DNA of 64,000 bases from Escherichia coli (lineage in GTDB: Bacteria > Pseudomonadota > Gammaproteobacteria > Enterobacterales > Enterobacteriaceae): the NCBI RefSeq assembly GCF_017348835.2, contig NZ_CP072317.1, one strand, 5' to 3'. Position 1 is the first letter of the stretch, and each line of letters starts with the position of its first letter. Below are positions 1-11,619 of the stretch, in pieces. Under the pieces are notes generated by a model, which had not been told where the DNA came from, searched no databases, and saw only the letters and a list, made by a program, of their open reading frames with translations. Position numbers and translations under genes: made by a program.

Positions 1-3000
1 GTTTCCGGTTACCTTCCGTGCCTTCAAGCGCGATGGCAAAGGTTTCACTCGCCCCCTGCGCACCGTGGGCGGTGATGGCATAAGCCAGGTCAATATGTTG
101 CTCTGCCCGCTCCTGGCCGGGGCGAATCACCCGGGTCTGCTGTCCGTCTGACAACGTGACACTGTCACCGGAAACCGCTGTCACCGTCCAGACGCTGTTG
201 GCCACATAACCGCGCTCCCGGTCACTCTTCGTGAAGCGCATCCGGTCGCCGGTCCCCACCCGGATTTTGTCCGGGGTGTACAGTGTGACACCTTCAGCCA
301 CCGCCTCCCGGGGCGAAATCAGCCGCGTGTTACCTTCCGCATCCTCCAGGGTTATCAGCCCGTCATCCTTGCTGATACCGGCAATCCGGTGATACACACT
401 ATCCACCAGGGCAAGGGCATCCGGGTTATTCTCCCAGGTGGAGAGACGACGCAGCTCCCCGTCACGTATATTCGCTGTGTTCAGGACAGGCACCATGACC
501 TGCTCTTTCCCCAGCTCACCGGCCTTTTCCCGTGCATCATGAATCATGCTGTTCAGTACGCGCCGGTCCTCATTCAGGTGCGTGACAATCAGCGTCTGCT
601 CCCGTGCTTCCGGTGTCCTGCCGGTATAGTCGCGGACAATGGCTTCATACAGTGTCATGGGGACATCCGGAAAAGTCTCACCTTTCAGCATCGCCTTCTG
701 CTGCGCTTCTGCCAGTTTCGCTTCCTGGCTGTGACTGAACTCCGTCACGGAGTGCTCCGGTGCCCATGCGCCCTCCTGACGGGGAACCTGAGACGGTTTC
801 ACACTCTCAAGCCCGGACAGTGCCCTTTCCACATCCCGGTTAATCAGGCTGTATACCGCCTCCCGCAGTTCCGGCGTCTGACGCACAATCTCCTTCATGA
901 TGACCACATCGGCAGCACTGCGCGTCTGCTGGAGACGGAAAGGCTGACCGGGCGCGATGGCCTGCAGCTGGTCCGTGTCACCACTGGCCACGGCACGACC
1001 GCCACCGGCCGCAATCAGGGCGTATGCCCGTGCCATGTCGGTATTGCCCACCATTGAGCTCTCATCGAGCAGGAACAGCGTGTTGCTGAAATCCGGCGTT
1101 TCTCCGCTGCGCTGCTGCAGCTGCGTGTCATGCAGAAAGGACGCCAGCGTCTGTGCATCCACGCCGGCGCTGCGCATCTCACCGACCGCACGGTGCGTGG
1201 GCCCCAGCCCCACAACTCGGGGACGCTCACTCGCCGGCAGCATGTTCACGGCTGACATCACCGCCCGGAACTGTGTGGTCTTACCCACACCGGCATAACC
1301 CTGTACCACCGTGAAACGGTCGGACGTTTCCAGTATCATACGGGTGGCGGCACGCTGTCCCGACGTTAACGTCTCCATGAGTTCGCCGGGTACTCTCTCC
1401 ATCAGCGGCGTGACCGCCTCCTTACCTTCGAGAATATGGCGAAGAATACTTTTTTCTGCCTCATACGACGCACGGGAAACCAGCAGGCCTGTGCCATAGC
1501 CTTTTGCCACATCCACATACAGTAAGTCACCGCGTTTTATCTGCGCATTGATTTCCCCTCCCAGTTCAGTAAAACCGGTTCCTTCTGCAGCAAACGACTT
1601 CGCCTCTGTCAGCAGGTCCACCATGCTGAAGGCCAGGTTTTTACTTTCCAGCACAGGAAGGGCCAGATGAATGGCCTGCTGTGCCGGCGTGTGCAGCCCG
1701 GTTTTCTGCAGACTGATAGCGGTTTCCAGCGATGTCTCACCGGCCCGCGCCTTTATCTGCTCAGAAACCACCGTAAAGGAGGGATGGCGGGCAAGTTTTT
1801 CCGCAGTACGGGTTTCATCCAGTGAGGAATACAGCCGGACATCACGACCGCTGCGGGCCAGACCGTTCAGGGTGGCGTTGTCCATTGCCATCTGTGTGAC
1901 GGAGGCAAACACCGTCGCACTGTCACTGACGGAATGCCCGGGCGTTTCCACCCAGCCGTTCTCCAGCTTCAGTGCCGTGAACGGTGAATCAGCCACAGGC
2001 AGGGTGGCCGGTTCAGCCCGCCCCGGCACAACAACCGTCATCGCATCTTCACTGACGGATGCCACCTGCAGGCGGTCACCGCCGGAGACGCGGAGTCCGG
2101 GAATTTTCCCTGTCACCCTCAGTCGCTCGCCGTCTGCCACCGGCATTTTTTCCGGCCGGAACAGCGACCAGCTGCTGTCCAGGGAGGAAATACGCACCAC
2201 CTGCGTTTCGCCCTGCGCATCCCGCAGGGTCAGGCTGTGACTCTGCGCCGTCACCCGGTCGATAACATAGCGGTCATGACTGCGTGTCTCCGGGTTCCAC
2301 TGCTCCATCACCATCCCCGGTCGGTACATATCCCGCAGATAACGGCTCCGGCTGTCCAGCCAGACCGGTGACAGGGCGGTCATGGTCACCTCCGGGTGTC
2401 CGAGCACGCCCTGTGTTTTCAGCTCACTGCGAATGGCCTGTGTCAGTATGGCCTGTTCCCGTACCCCGCTGACCTGTGCCACGCTCTCTTCTCCGGCTTT
2501 CACGCTGGCCGCAAAATCTCCGGCCAGCCGGTCATAGCGGACATTCCGGTCCGGTTCACTGATGATGGTTGCCGGTCGCTGTTCTCCGCCCTGCCAGCGA
2601 TACGTGTTCACCCCGGCATCCTTCATGGCCATCAGCGCACTGCCTGTACCGGTTCGCTGCCCGCTGTCGGTTATCAGGACCTGTACGTTATGACGTGCGG
2701 CACCATCCAGCAGGGTTAACGTCTCTTTCAGGGAGAGTTTTTCGCCCTGGTCGACGATAACAGTACTGCCCGGCGTGAAGACCATGCCCTCCTGCAGCTG
2801 ACGACGTCCGGTTATCAGCTCACCGGACAGCCGTTCATCCTGCTTCAGGTTCATCTGCGAGCGACGGTCAGCAGCGATAATCTGCACCTCCCGCCCCTGC
2901 TCCCGGGCCATCATGACCAGTTCAGCCACCCGCTCACGCTGCCCGGCTGCACCGCCCTGCCCGGACACAATGGCCAGCGACGGACGGTCCTGTGCCAGAA

Positions 3001-4273
3001 CACTGACCGCATCGCTGTAACCAGCCGTCCGGGGGACACTTTTCTCCGGATGTACGGTCACCCGGTTCTGTTTCATGATGTCACGACTGAGTGCCCGGAC
3101 GGACAGCTCATCGAGCACATGAATTCCTGATGTGAACAGCCCCTTCTCACGGTCGAGGGGGATAAGCTGCTCACGGCTGATGGCCTCATCGATACCGGCG
3201 CGTGCCCGTTCAATCACACCATTTTCCGGCGGCAGTATGCCGACCGTCCTGGCCAGCACGTCCGTATACGTGAACTGCACTTTTCGTTCACTTAATCCGG
3301 CAATCGCCTGTGTCACCGCCTGCTGCACATCCGGCCCGTCCTGTGAAGCAGGCCCGGGCGCCTGCGTGCGGATCTCCGCACGCTGATCCGCCGCGTCACG
3401 ATATGCCCGGATGTCGAACCCGGTTTCCTTCAGCGTCTGCATCCATTCAGCCATTCTGACTTCAGGATCGACGTGCTGTTTGGATTTTCGCGTATCCAGT
3501 GCCGCCACATCCCGGGATTTCAGCGAGGCGTCTTCACCGACGGCCTCCCTGATAGCCTGTGAACGACTGGAAAAGGCCTCCACCGGTACGCCCGGCATCT
3601 CCCACATACCGTGCTTACCGACCACTTCGGTTTCATAACCCAGCGCCTCAACGCGCTGACGTAACTCACTCTGATATATTTTCCCGAACGCAATCCGGTT
3701 CGCTAGCACGTTCTCGGAAAATCCGGTTTTCCCCACTTTGTCACTGCTCAGTGTCTTCCACTCGCCGTTATGCTGCGTGACATTAGCCACCACTACATGC
3801 GTGTGTAACTGTGGGTCCTGATCGCGACTGGTGTCATGGTTAAACAGTGCCATCACCAGATTACCGGTCAGCACCGTTTCTGACTGTCCGTCCGTCATCA
3901 CCCGTGTGGAAGCCAGCGCCTCCACCTGACGGACAGCAAAATCCACGGCCTGGTTATGTGCATCAATAAGACGTTTATCCCCCCCGAGCATGGCCATCAT
4001 GGAGACACTTTTGGGGGCGGAGAAGGTCAGGTCGTAGCCGGGACGATGCTTATTACTGCCATCCTGCATGCGGCTTAAATCCGCCCCGTCCGGCAGCCTG
4101 CCCTCCAGAAGACGGGTAAAAACATCCTTATCGACGCTGCCCTGCAGCCCAAGCTGTTCAGCCCCCTGACCAGCCCAGCGTTCTCCCATGCTGCCCAGCA
4201 CATAGTAATTATCCTTGTCGGTGTAATAGTTTCCGGCACTGCCTGCCGATTTAACAACGCTGAAACTCAACAT
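1..4273 (-). CDS. traI: TraI relaxase/helicase, 5' portion only (3' end lies beyond window start)
   Basis: Reverse-complement translation from ATG at 4273-4271 gives [24 protein letters not shown], the F-like TraI N-terminus; ATGA overlap with traD stop; absent from ORF track because no stop inside window; frame not checked base-by-base to position 1. Confidence 0.85.
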   Translation of the reverse strand, partial: MLSFSVVKSAGSAGNYYTDKDNYYVLGSMGERWAGQGAEQLGLQGSVDKDVFTRLLEGRLPDGADLSRMQDGSNKHRPGYDLTFSAPKSVSMMAMLGGDKRLIDAHNQAVDFAVRQVEALASTRVMTDGQSETVLTGNLVMALFNHDTSRDQDPQLHTHVVVANVTQHNGEWKTLSSDKVGKTGFSENVLANRIAFGKIYQSELRQRVEALGYETEVVGKHGMWEMPGVPVEAFSSRSQAIREAVGEDASLKSRDVAALDTRKSKQHVDPEVRMAEWMQTLKETGFDIRAYRDAADQRAEIRTQAPGPASQDGPDVQQAVTQAIAGLSERKVQFTYTDVLARTVGILPPENGVIERARAGIDEAISREQLIPLDREKGLFTSGIHVLDELSVRALSRDIMKQNRVTVHPEKSVPRTAGYSDAVSVLAQDRPSLAIVSGQGGAAGQRERVAELVMMAREQGREVQIIAADRRSQMNLKQDERLSGELITGRRQLQEGMVFTPGSTVIVDQGEKLSLKETLTLLDGAARHNVQVLITDSGQRTGTGSALMAMKDAGVNTYRWQGGEQRPATIISEPDRNVRYDRLAGDFAASVKAGEESVAQVSGVREQAILTQAIRSELKTQGVLGHPEVTMTALSPVWLDSRSRYLRDMYRPGMVMEQWNPETRSHDRYVIDRVTAQSHSLTLRDAQGETQVVRISSLDSSWSLFRPEKMPVADGERLRVTGKIPGLRVSGGDRLQVASVSEDAMTVVVPGRAEPATLPVADSPFTALKLENGWVETPGHSVSDSATVFASVTQMAMDNATLNGLARSGRDVRLYSSLDETRTAEKLARHPSFTVVSEQIKARAGETSLETAISLQKTGLHTPAQQAIHLALPVLESKNLAFSMVDLLTEAKSFAAEGTGFTELGGEINAQIKRGDLLYVDVAKGYGTGLLVSRASYEAEKSILRHILEGKEAVTPLMERVPGELMETLTSGQRAATRMILETSDRFTVVQGYAGVGKTTQFRAVMSAVNMLPASERPRVVGLGPTHRAVGEMRSAGVDAQTLASFLHDTQLQQRSGETPDFSNTLFLLDESSMVGNTDMARAYALIAAGGGRAVASGDTDQLQAIAPGQPFRLQQTRSAADVVIMKEIVRQTPELREAVYSLINRDVERALSGLESVKPSQVPRQEGAWAPEHSVTEFSHSQEAKLAEAQQKAMLKGETFPDVPMTLYEAIVRDYTGRTPEAREQTLIVTHLNEDRRVLNSMIHDAREKAGELGKEQVMVPVLNTANIRDGELRRLSTWENNPDALALVDSVYHRIAGISKDDGLITLEDAEGNTRLISPREAVAEGVTLYTPDKIRVGTGDRMRFTKSDRERGYVANSVWTVTAVSGDSVTLSDGQQTRVIRPGQERAEQHIDLAYAITAHGAQGASETFAIALEGTEGNRK

Positions 4274-6525
4274 CAGAAATCATCTCCCGGCTCAACATCC
4301 TCCCCGCGCTCCCGGTGCACATTAATGTTCACCTCTTCACGACGCTGCATATGCTGCTGGATGTCCGGATGATTTTCCTGTTGCCATGCCTCATAAGCGG
4401 CCATATCCACCACTTCACCGGATTCACTGATCCCGGGTGGCAGTTGCTGTTCCATCTCTTCTTCCGGTTTCATTTTCAGCTCCTGCTCGATCCCCCCTGC
4501 CGGAACACTCACACCTGCATCTGACTTCTTATCATTGATGACAGAAGACACTGGCTGTTGTGGCTGTTGTGGCTGTTGTGGCTGTTGTGGCTGTTGTGGC
4601 TGTTGTGGCTGTTGTGGCTGTTGTGGCTGTTGTGGCTGTTGTGGCTGTTGTGGCTGTTGTGGCTGTTGTGGCTGTTCAGCCTGAGTCACATCTTCTCCGG
4701 AGGCAACCTCCGGTTCAAAGAGGCTGGCCATCTGACGACCTTCTGCTTCCCTTGCGGCAAGTACGGCACTCAGACGGTTCTCCATTTCCGGGTTGATGTC
4801 ACGCGGAATAAACTCCGGAGCGACCTTCGGTCGTGCCTGATATTTCAGAGAGAGTTTGACTGCCGGATACGGTCCGGGCAGAGTGACATAGCAGGTCAGA
4901 TCCGGCAGAGACTGAATGTCGGAATAACTGACCAGCGTCTGACGCTCCATATCCTTACCGGTCGATACCCCGTCACGTACCGGGTCAGCACCGTAGGAAT
5001 ACTGCTCGCTGGCTTTCAGGTGCTCTTTCTCACCAATCTCACCGGCAGCGAACTCTGCAATCTTATGGCTCGGGGAACGGAAAAAAGCACGGGTGTTCAT
5101 GACGTCAAACAGCGTGGCCGCCGCTTTCTCACCGTAGATATCTTCCAGCTGGGCATAGGACTGGATACCAAACACATAACAGCCACCGAACTTACGGGCT
5201 TCCGGCAGGATCTCCACCAGATCCGGCAGTTTGTGTAACGTGGGTAACTCATCACAGAAAAACCACACACGACGGTTACGGTTTTCTCCCATTGCCAGCA
5301 GACCACGAATGGCAATGGACAGCCACATGGAGATCACAGGCTTCAGGGAGGCATGGGTGTCGGCGTTCGACGAAATAAACAGCCAGCCGTTTTTCTGATC
5401 TTCCCGGACACCACGCATCCAGTCACGGATGGTGAAGGGATCACCGTTATGCTCAATCCCCTGCAGGTAACGGATGGCTTTCACGTAGTTGGTCAGCACA
5501 GCACGGATGGAAATCGCCGTTTTCTCAATTTTCTCTTCCACCAGGTTGGCCGCCGGTGAATTACGCAGGAAGGTACGCAGTTTTTCAATTTTGATGGAAA
5601 GCAGTGTGTCCACCAGTTTGCTGTAGCTGCGGTTGGGGTCATTACGCATCAGGTACGCCGCTTCCGCAAAAATGGTACGTCCTGAACCCTGCCAGAACGG
5701 GTCCTCTTTTGTACCCATAGGGATCAGCGTGTTCGCGGTATTATCAAAATCCGGCTGTGTCAGGCACTCCTTCCACAAATCCCATGCGGCACAGCGGGCA
5801 TCCAGCGGATTCAGGATTTTATCGATGGAGGGATCATAGTAACTTTTAACAAATTCCCCTGAACGGTCATAAATCACCACCATATCACCGCGCTGACGGG
5901 CATAGTTGGCCAGACGACGGATAACCTCCGACTTACCGGCCCCGACCGTGCCGTGCAGACAGAAGTTCTGGATTTCGGAATCCCGGATAATCGGCAGGTC
6001 GCCAATCCGGATATCGGAGTCCTTGCCGTCTTTTTTCAGCATCCGGGCAACGTCTTTCGGATTGTCTGTCAGCTGACGACCACCTGTGACTTCATTTTCG
6101 CTCTGTTGTTTACCCTGACGCCCCAGAATCCAGGAGACAACAAAGAAGGTGATCAGGCAAATAACCAGGGCCACGACAGACGCCAGAACGAATGCAGACC
6201 ATAGCTGCTCTCCGCACCAGATCATATATTTATCATGCAGTACCTGGGCAGCGTTCATCCGGAAGGTTTTGCCGTAATACTGGATCTCATAGACCGGCTG
6301 GGATTTTATTAAATCCCGCATGCCTTCCAGTGACGTACACCACCAGTAAATACAGCCGTTGATAAACGTCTGCCAGCTTATTTTTACCCATAAGACCAGA
6401 CCAATGAGGATCCAGAAAAAAATAAACAGGCAGTAAAGCATGATATTGGCGATCTGGCTGAACATGCGGATACGCATGGACGCAATCTGACCGCCCTGGG
6501 TCATATCCTTTGCGTTAAAACTCAT
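4273..6525 (-). CDS. traD: TraD type IV coupling protein
   Basis: 750-aa ORF, near-identical to F TraD as recalled, Walker [10 protein letters not shown]-terminal QQP repeat and acidic tail. Confidence 0.97.
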   Translation of the reverse strand: MSFNAKDMTQGGQIASMRIRMFSQIANIMLYCLFIFFWILIGLVLWVKISWQTFINGCIYWWCTSLEGMRDLIKSQPVYEIQYYGKTFRMNAAQVLHDKYMIWCGEQLWSAFVLASVVALVICLITFFVVSWILGRQGKQQSENEVTGGRQLTDNPKDVARMLKKDGKDSDIRIGDLPIIRDSEIQNFCLHGTVGAGKSEVIRRLANYARQRGDMVVIYDRSGEFVKSYYDPSIDKILNPLDARCAAWDLWKECLTQPDFDNTANTLIPMGTKEDPFWQGSGRTIFAEAAYLMRNDPNRSYSKLVDTLLSIKIEKLRTFLRNSPAANLVEEKIEKTAISIRAVLTNYVKAIRYLQGIEHNGDPFTIRDWMRGVREDQKNGWLFISSNADTHASLKPVISMWLSIAIRGLLAMGENRNRRVWFFCDELPTLHKLPDLVEILPEARKFGGCYVFGIQSYAQLEDIYGEKAAATLFDVMNTRAFFRSPSHKIAEFAAGEIGEKEHLKASEQYSYGADPVRDGVSTGKDMERQTLVSYSDIQSLPDLTCYVTLPGPYPAVKLSLKYQARPKVAPEFIPRDINPEMENRLSAVLAAREAEGRQMASLFEPEVASGEDVTQAEQPQQPQQPQQPQQPQQPQQPQQPQQPQQPQQPQQPQQPQQPVSSVINDKKSDAGVSVPAGGIEQELKMKPEEEMEQQLPPGISESGEVVDMAAYEAWQQENHPDIQQHMQRREEVNINVHRERGEDVEPGDDF
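4554..4675. repeat. 9-bp tandem repeat (CTGTTGTGG, about 13 copies) encoding the (QQP)n tract of TraD
   Basis: Directly visible perfect tandem repeat; in-frame with traD. Confidence 0.95.
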
Positions 6526-6575
6526 GATGAAACTCCGGGAAAATCTGGAACAGGGCAGAAAAGGATGATGTGGGG

Positions 6576-7379
6576 TTAATTCACAGAAACAGACCAGGTG
6601 TACCCTGTATGCCGGTGGTGATGCCCGCCTGCAGTCCTGCCGGAAGAGACCTTCTCTGTAACAATGTCAGTCAGGCGCAATACTTCAGACCAGTCACTCC
6701 CATGCGGAAACTGGATCTGAATAAAAAGGCGTACCCGTTCACGGTGATCCAGAACTGTGTCCGGTTCATAAAAACGGCCACTGTCAGGAGAAACACAGGA
6801 CGTTTTATTGATGAGATCATACTTATCGGCAGGAGACTGCGATGAAATCGCCCAGGTGATATTCTCCGCCTGGTGGCCATCAATACGACTGCTCCCCGGC
6901 GTCCATGCAATTTCCTGCGCACTCGCCACGATGATCTCCCTGGAAACTTCAGCCAGCTTTCTGGGTGTACAGAATACCGGTGCCAGCACACACAGGGACA
7001 ACAAATTACAGCTGACCGCCTCCGGTTTAAGCAAATTGCTCCCGGATTTTTCAGGAAAAGATATTTTTGTCAGTATTTCAGTTAATTCCTTATGCCTGAG
7101 AGAATTAATAAAGTACATGATAAGCATCATGAGAAACAATATAACAATAAGCCCTCCGATAACCACTAAAAGGTCAGTATCAATATTATTGCTGTACAGA
7201 TAGTCTTTAGTGGTCACTGTATTATCCTGTATCACCGGGGGGTATTCAGTTACAGGCTTCTCAGTAAATTGATTATTCTCACCAACATATTCAGCGATAT
7301 TGTCTGATGTCATAATGACTTTCTCCGGAAGATCCCGGCTTCGCCGGCAACACTTCACGGTCGCACAAAGAATTTGCAC
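6576..7379 (-). CDS. hypothetical single-pass membrane protein inserted between traT and traD
   Basis: 267-aa ORF (true start may be internal Met near 7311), one hydrophobic helix, AT-rich relative to flanking tra genes. Confidence 0.5.
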   Translation of the reverse strand: MQILCATVKCCRRSRDLPEKVIMTSDNIAEYVGENNQFTEKPVTEYPPVIQDNTVTTKDYLYSNNIDTDLLVVIGGLIVILFLMMLIMYFINSLRHKELTEILTKISFPEKSGSNLLKPEAVSCNLLSLCVLAPVFCTPRKLAEVSREIIVASAQEIAWTPGSSRIDGHQAENITWAISSQSPADKYDLINKTSCVSPDSGRFYEPDTVLDHRERVRLFIQIQFPHGSDWSEVLRLTDIVTEKVSSGRTAGGHHHRHTGYTWSVSVN

Positions 7380-7415
7380 AACCGCTCAGTGTTTTCATAT
7401 TTATTTCGGAAACGC

Positions 7416-7490
7416 CGGGAGGTGACAAAATTTATTTTGTTACATCCCGGGGTTGGACAACGAGCAACGCGAGGCGTCAGCAAGGAGGCC
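7416..7490. repeat. conserved ~75-bp element, copy A (second copy at 63488-63567)
   Basis: Shared flanks AACGCCGGGAG and CCGGGGTTGGACAAC.GAGCAACGCGA.GGCGTCAGC around a hairpin whose stem sequence differs between copies. Confidence 0.6.
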
Positions 7491-7515
7491 GGTCAGATCA
7501 GCCTCCTGACGAGGT

Positions 7516-8250
7516 TCAGAGAATATTTGCGATTGATTTGGCCAGTTGGTCTTCGAGAACAGGCTTCGCCTCTTCAAATTTCAGGTTAACCTTGTTCGCA
7601 TTTGAAACCACACGGGTCTGGTATTTATGCTGGTTACCTGTTTCAGTACTGGTCTGAATTTTCGCACCTGATGTGCCCTGACGCAGGGCGGCAACATTAT
7701 CCGTTGTCACCGTTGCCTTAGTACGCTCTGCAATCTGTACATCCGTGATCATGGTATAGTTCACATCTTCCACCATCGCATCTGCAGCCATACCCACCAG
7801 ACCAGCAGCAAGGCCTACACCGAGTGTGGCACCGGCAGAATTTGAGTTATAGCCGGTAATACCGGCACCTAACGCTGCACCAACTGCTGCGCCTTCATAA
7901 CCACGGTTCAGCCATCCCTGAGACTCCCGCAGATCCATCTTATCGGCCTTCAGCACATTCGCCTGAATCCAGTAGTAGGCTTTATCCGGAGAAGTCACCA
8001 CCTGATATCCTTTTGCTTTCACAGCATCAGCAATTTTGCCCTGCAGCCCACTCATGTCTTTATCAGACGTGTTTTTGATCTGCAGAAATACCGTGCGTTC
8101 GCTGGCGGGTTCAAGCCAGATGGTCTCACTCATCTGAGTCTTCACCTCAAGGTTACGCTTCTTGATTGCTGTGCTCATCGCACCACACCCTGAAAGGGCC
8201 AGAGTGGAACTGACCAGTGCAACCATCATCAATTTTTTCATTTTCATCAA
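7516..8250 (-). CDS. traT: TraT surface exclusion / serum resistance lipoprotein
   Basis: 244-aa ORF matching F-like TraT, lipoprotein signal ending LSGC. Confidence 0.95.
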   Translation of the reverse strand: MMKMKKLMMVALVSSTLALSGCGAMSTAIKKRNLEVKTQMSETIWLEPASERTVFLQIKNTSDKDMSGLQGKIADAVKAKGYQVVTSPDKAYYWIQANVLKADKMDLRESQGWLNRGYEGAAVGAALGAGITGYNSNSAGATLGVGLAAGLVGMAADAMVEDVNYTMITDVQIAERTKATVTTDNVAALRQGTSGAKIQTSTETGNQHKYQTRVVSNANKVNLKFEEAKPVLEDQLAKSIANIL

Positions 8251-8295
8251 TGTTCCTTCATATTGAATAAAACGTCATAATATACAAATTAAGAT

Positions 8296-8781
8296 TCACT
8301 CATCATATCGTTTTGAACTATAACCATATGAATTACCACCGATATCCACACCAATACCTGACATAGGTAACCCTGTTGCAGGATTAGTACGATGAAAATC
8401 CATATTATCAAAATCCAGATGCAAATCTTCATTAGTTTGTTCATTTACCTGAGATTGCATCCATTCTCTTACGCTTACACAACCACTAACTCGCCTTAAT
8501 TCGTATAGTGTACCAATGATAAAAACCATCAGGCTTAATAATGGAGAGAGTAAGGAAGATACTGGCATCGTTATATACCAAACGCCTTTACTAAACTTAA
8601 ACTCATCCGACACATTCCGTTTTTTTCGTATTTGAGAGAACAACCATATAAACAGTCCCTGCCATAGTACTATGAAGAACAGCATAAAAATTGTTTCGGC
8701 ATTCCCCCAACTAGCCAGATAACAGGCGATAAACTGTATCACCGTTACCAGAGTAATATGGGTTAAACATCTCATTATCAT
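8296..8781 (-). CDS. traS: TraS entry exclusion inner membrane protein
   Basis: 161-aa hydrophobic ORF in the traG-traT position; AT-rich, variable like known TraS. Confidence 0.6.
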   Translation of the reverse strand: MIMRCLTHITLVTVIQFIACYLASWGNAETIFMLFFIVLWQGLFIWLFSQIRKKRNVSDEFKFSKGVWYITMPVSSLLSPLLSLMVFIIGTLYELRRVSGCVSVREWMQSQVNEQTNEDLHLDFDNMDFHRTNPATGLPMSGIGVDIGGNSYGYSSKRYDE

Positions 8782-8796
8782 CTCCCAAAAACAGCA

Positions 8797-11619
8797 TTAT
8801 TGCTTATACTTATCCTGATATTCCTTTGCCCTTTTCATCAGTTCCTGTGGACTGTCAGCCCCGGGCATTCTTTCCTGAGCCGACTTTTCTTCATTATATT
8901 TATTATTCTGAGATAATGCCTCTGTTTTATGGTGATTCTGCAGTTCAGAATACTGTCCTCTTACAATATTTTCCTCGCCACGTACGCTGTTCTGAGTATC
9001 ACCTATATTCCCTTTATATTCTGTGACCATATTATCAACCTGATGTTTTACATCATTACGGATATTACTGTCCTGCGTTCTTTGATCAATAATGGCCTGA
9101 TGCCCCTGATGGTCAGCAATAATATCCTGACTGCCACCACCCGAAGGTACGCTCTCCATTCCTTTACCAATATCACCACGGGATTCCCGCCAGGCATTAT
9201 CAACACCAGGCTGTACCTGTTCCTGCACAAAAGACCAGGCCATCGCCCGACGACGTTCTGCAATCTCCGGTGAACTGGTGTTTGTCAGAATAGCTTCTGC
9301 ATCCTGTGGCGCGTGTTTCATTACATACTGTGCAAACTGTTGCGACAGGTCTTCACTCATCTGCCCACTCATGCTTTCAGTACGGGATGCCATTTCAGCA
9401 TATTCATGGCTGCGGGTCATATTCGTCGTGTACTGGTCGTAACTCTGCTTCGCTGAATTCAGGGCTGCAGACAACTGATCCACACGGGAATCAGCATTAT
9501 TGTCCGTATGGCTGCCGGACTCACTGACCTTGCGACTGGTAAAATAATCGCTGGCCTCTTTAAAGTCTTGTGTAGCTCTGGCATCGATATCATGACGAGC
9601 ATTATGGCTCGACTGAGTATTACTACTTGCCGTATGCGCATCATTATCTTCCCAATCAATACCAGCCCGACCACCACCTCTAACGCCTAATCCTCCACCA
9701 ACACCAAGAATTTTAGGTTTAACCCCCCATTCAGCATGAGCATCTCCATACATCCCGGCAGAAGCTCTCGTACTTCTGGATGCCAGTTCCTGAGTCGCCT
9801 GCTCATTACTGATATTATGCGCCTTCGCATAGCTTTCCACTGCACTGCGCATACGGCTGGCCATCATGGAGTCCTGTGCGCTCATCGTGCTGTCAGCACC
9901 ACCTGTGACAGAATCACTGCTCCCCCGGTTAGAACCAAACTGGCTGAGCGAGTTCCAGGCACTGGCAATACTGCTGCTGAACCCATGCAGGGCGCTTTCT
10001 GCTCTGTTCGACGCCTCCCGGGCCATTTCCTGTTGTGCCGCTGCAATCTGACGCGTTGCATTGATACCGACCGGTAACCGGGACATCGCCCCGCTCGCAT
10101 CCATCACCATATTACCGTCACGGGTCTGTGTGGCAGTTGCGCCACTGCCGGTCTGGTACATCATCTGACCAAACGACGTGGTGCTGTTGGTGCTCCAGCT
10201 GAAGCCGTTCACGTTTTCCGTCTGCATGTTGCCGTAGGAGTAATTACCGTCAACCACACTACCTGCCGCACTGGCAGTCGGGCTGATAGCAGAGGAAGCG
10301 AAATGGCTGTACACGCTGGAAAAACCTGCGCCAAGGCCTTTTACCATCATCCATGACAACGGGGGTATCATGACAGATATATATCCGGCAGTGGACGCCA
10401 GGTCGGAGTATTTCAGCTGTATCTGAGAGAGTTCAGAGAGCACGACCGGTGCACCATTCTGCTTTGCATAGAATGTCATGGCACTGTTCAGAATGGCATA
10501 CAGCAACGGCCAGGTCTGGAACCACATCAGAGCAAACACATAGCCTCTCAGAACAGACAGCGTCAGTCTGTTGAAGACAGCCGCCAGTACCAGGAGCGGG
10601 AAGATACCAATGGTAATGCCCACCAGAATGGTCTGCACCATCGGCAGGTTTCGCATCAGCACATGACCAATGGAGACATGTGCCAGACGCTGTTTCTCCA
10701 TCGACGAAGTCGTGGCCAGACTGACCAGGCTGGCGGTATCACCGTTACGGGCTGCATTACTGGTGATACCCTCTTTCAGGGCATTCATGGTGACGTTCTG
10801 GCGCATAATATGACTGGCAGACTGGCTGGAGCCGTAGAAATAACTGTAACTGTCACTCACCAGTTGCCTGAATAACAGGTCCGGGTCCGGTCTGCCGCCA
10901 AATATCTGCTGCACATAATAATGCCAGGTCTTGCCTCCCGTCTTTGTATCGAGATTCAGCCTGTCTTTCAGCGTGACCGACGCATCTTTACAGGTTATGA
11001 AATTATTATTGCTGTCATAAACGCCCCGTAGCGGGCTGGGCCGGGAAAAAATCAGCGTGTAGGGGTCAGCGGAGGCCATCAGGTCTTCCAGCGTGTATTT
11101 GTGGTTCAGGTAAATATCCCCCAGCACGCAGTTCTGGACGTAGTCCTGAAACAGATTGATGATTTCCGGATTCCGGGACAGAAAATCGGTGCTTTTCACA
11201 ATCAGGTTCGCCCCGAACAGCATGCCTGTCTTGCTGTAGGTGGCGCTGTCAGGCTGGGTGAATATCATCTCGTAACTGGCCACCATTGCATGCCCGATAC
11301 GGGTCGTCAGTGAAAGTGGCATCGCCAGTCCGACAGGCACATTATCCACCCGGTGAACCTGGACCAGGTCACTGTTATCAATAATCTGCACCGATGTACG
11401 GACATTAACCAGCAGGCTGATAAGCACAAACACGGCCACCCAGCCCAGCAAATCCATCACGTTGTGCCGCTGTACCCACATCACGGCCACCGCGAGAACA
11501 GACAATGTGAGCGCAATTTTTTCGATGGAATCCCACGTCCGGGTCCCCATAAAGGCGGCAATGGCGTTCAGGTTATTGCGTAACCACTCACCACCGGCAA
11601 TCACATAGACTTCATTCAC
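8797..11619 (-). CDS. traG: TraG mating pair stabilisation protein
   Basis: 940-aa ORF, N-terminal polytopic membrane domain, F-type TraG size and synteny. Confidence 0.93.
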   Translation of the reverse strand: MNEVYVIAGGEWLRNNLNAIAAFMGTRTWDSIEKIALTLSVLAVAVMWVQRHNVMDLLGWVAVFVLISLLVNVRTSVQIIDNSDLVQVHRVDNVPVGLAMPLSLTTRIGHAMVASYEMIFTQPDSATYSKTGMLFGANLIVKSTDFLSRNPEIINLFQDYVQNCVLGDIYLNHKYTLEDLMASADPYTLIFSRPSPLRGVYDSNNNFITCKDASVTLKDRLNLDTKTGGKTWHYYVQQIFGGRPDPDLLFRQLVSDSYSYFYGSSQSASHIMRQNVTMNALKEGITSNAARNGDTASLVSLATTSSMEKQRLAHVSIGHVLMRNLPMVQTILVGITIGIFPLLVLAAVFNRLTLSVLRGYVFALMWFQTWPLLYAILNSAMTFYAKQNGAPVVLSELSQIQLKYSDLASTAGYISVMIPPLSWMMVKGLGAGFSSVYSHFASSAISPTASAAGSVVDGNYSYGNMQTENVNGFSWSTNSTTSFGQMMYQTGSGATATQTRDGNMVMDASGAMSRLPVGINATRQIAAAQQEMAREASNRAESALHGFSSSIASAWNSLSQFGSNRGSSDSVTGGADSTMSAQDSMMASRMRSAVESYAKAHNISNEQATQELASRSTRASAGMYGDAHAEWGVKPKILGVGGGLGVRGGGRAGIDWEDNDAHTASSNTQSSHNARHDIDARATQDFKEASDYFTSRKVSESGSHTDNNADSRVDQLSAALNSAKQSYDQYTTNMTRSHEYAEMASRTESMSGQMSEDLSQQFAQYVMKHAPQDAEAILTNTSSPEIAERRRAMAWSFVQEQVQPGVDNAWRESRGDIGKGMESVPSGGGSQDIIADHQGHQAIIDQRTQDSNIRNDVKHQVDNMVTEYKGNIGDTQNSVRGEENIVRGQYSELQNHHKTEALSQNNKYNEEKSAQERMPGADSPQELMKRAKEYQDKYKQ

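Noticed and set aside
389-4257. Numerous ORFs of 60-220 aa on both strands within 1-4270 (for example 389..1057 +, 1671..2240 +, 4075..4257 -)
   Set aside because: All lie in other frames or antisense to the long traI frame that starts at 4273 and runs off the window; high GC content produces long spurious frames.
4558-5238. + strand ORF translating to [10 protein letters not shown]...
   Set aside because: Antisense reading of the traD (QQP)n repeat; low complexity, inside a well-supported gene.
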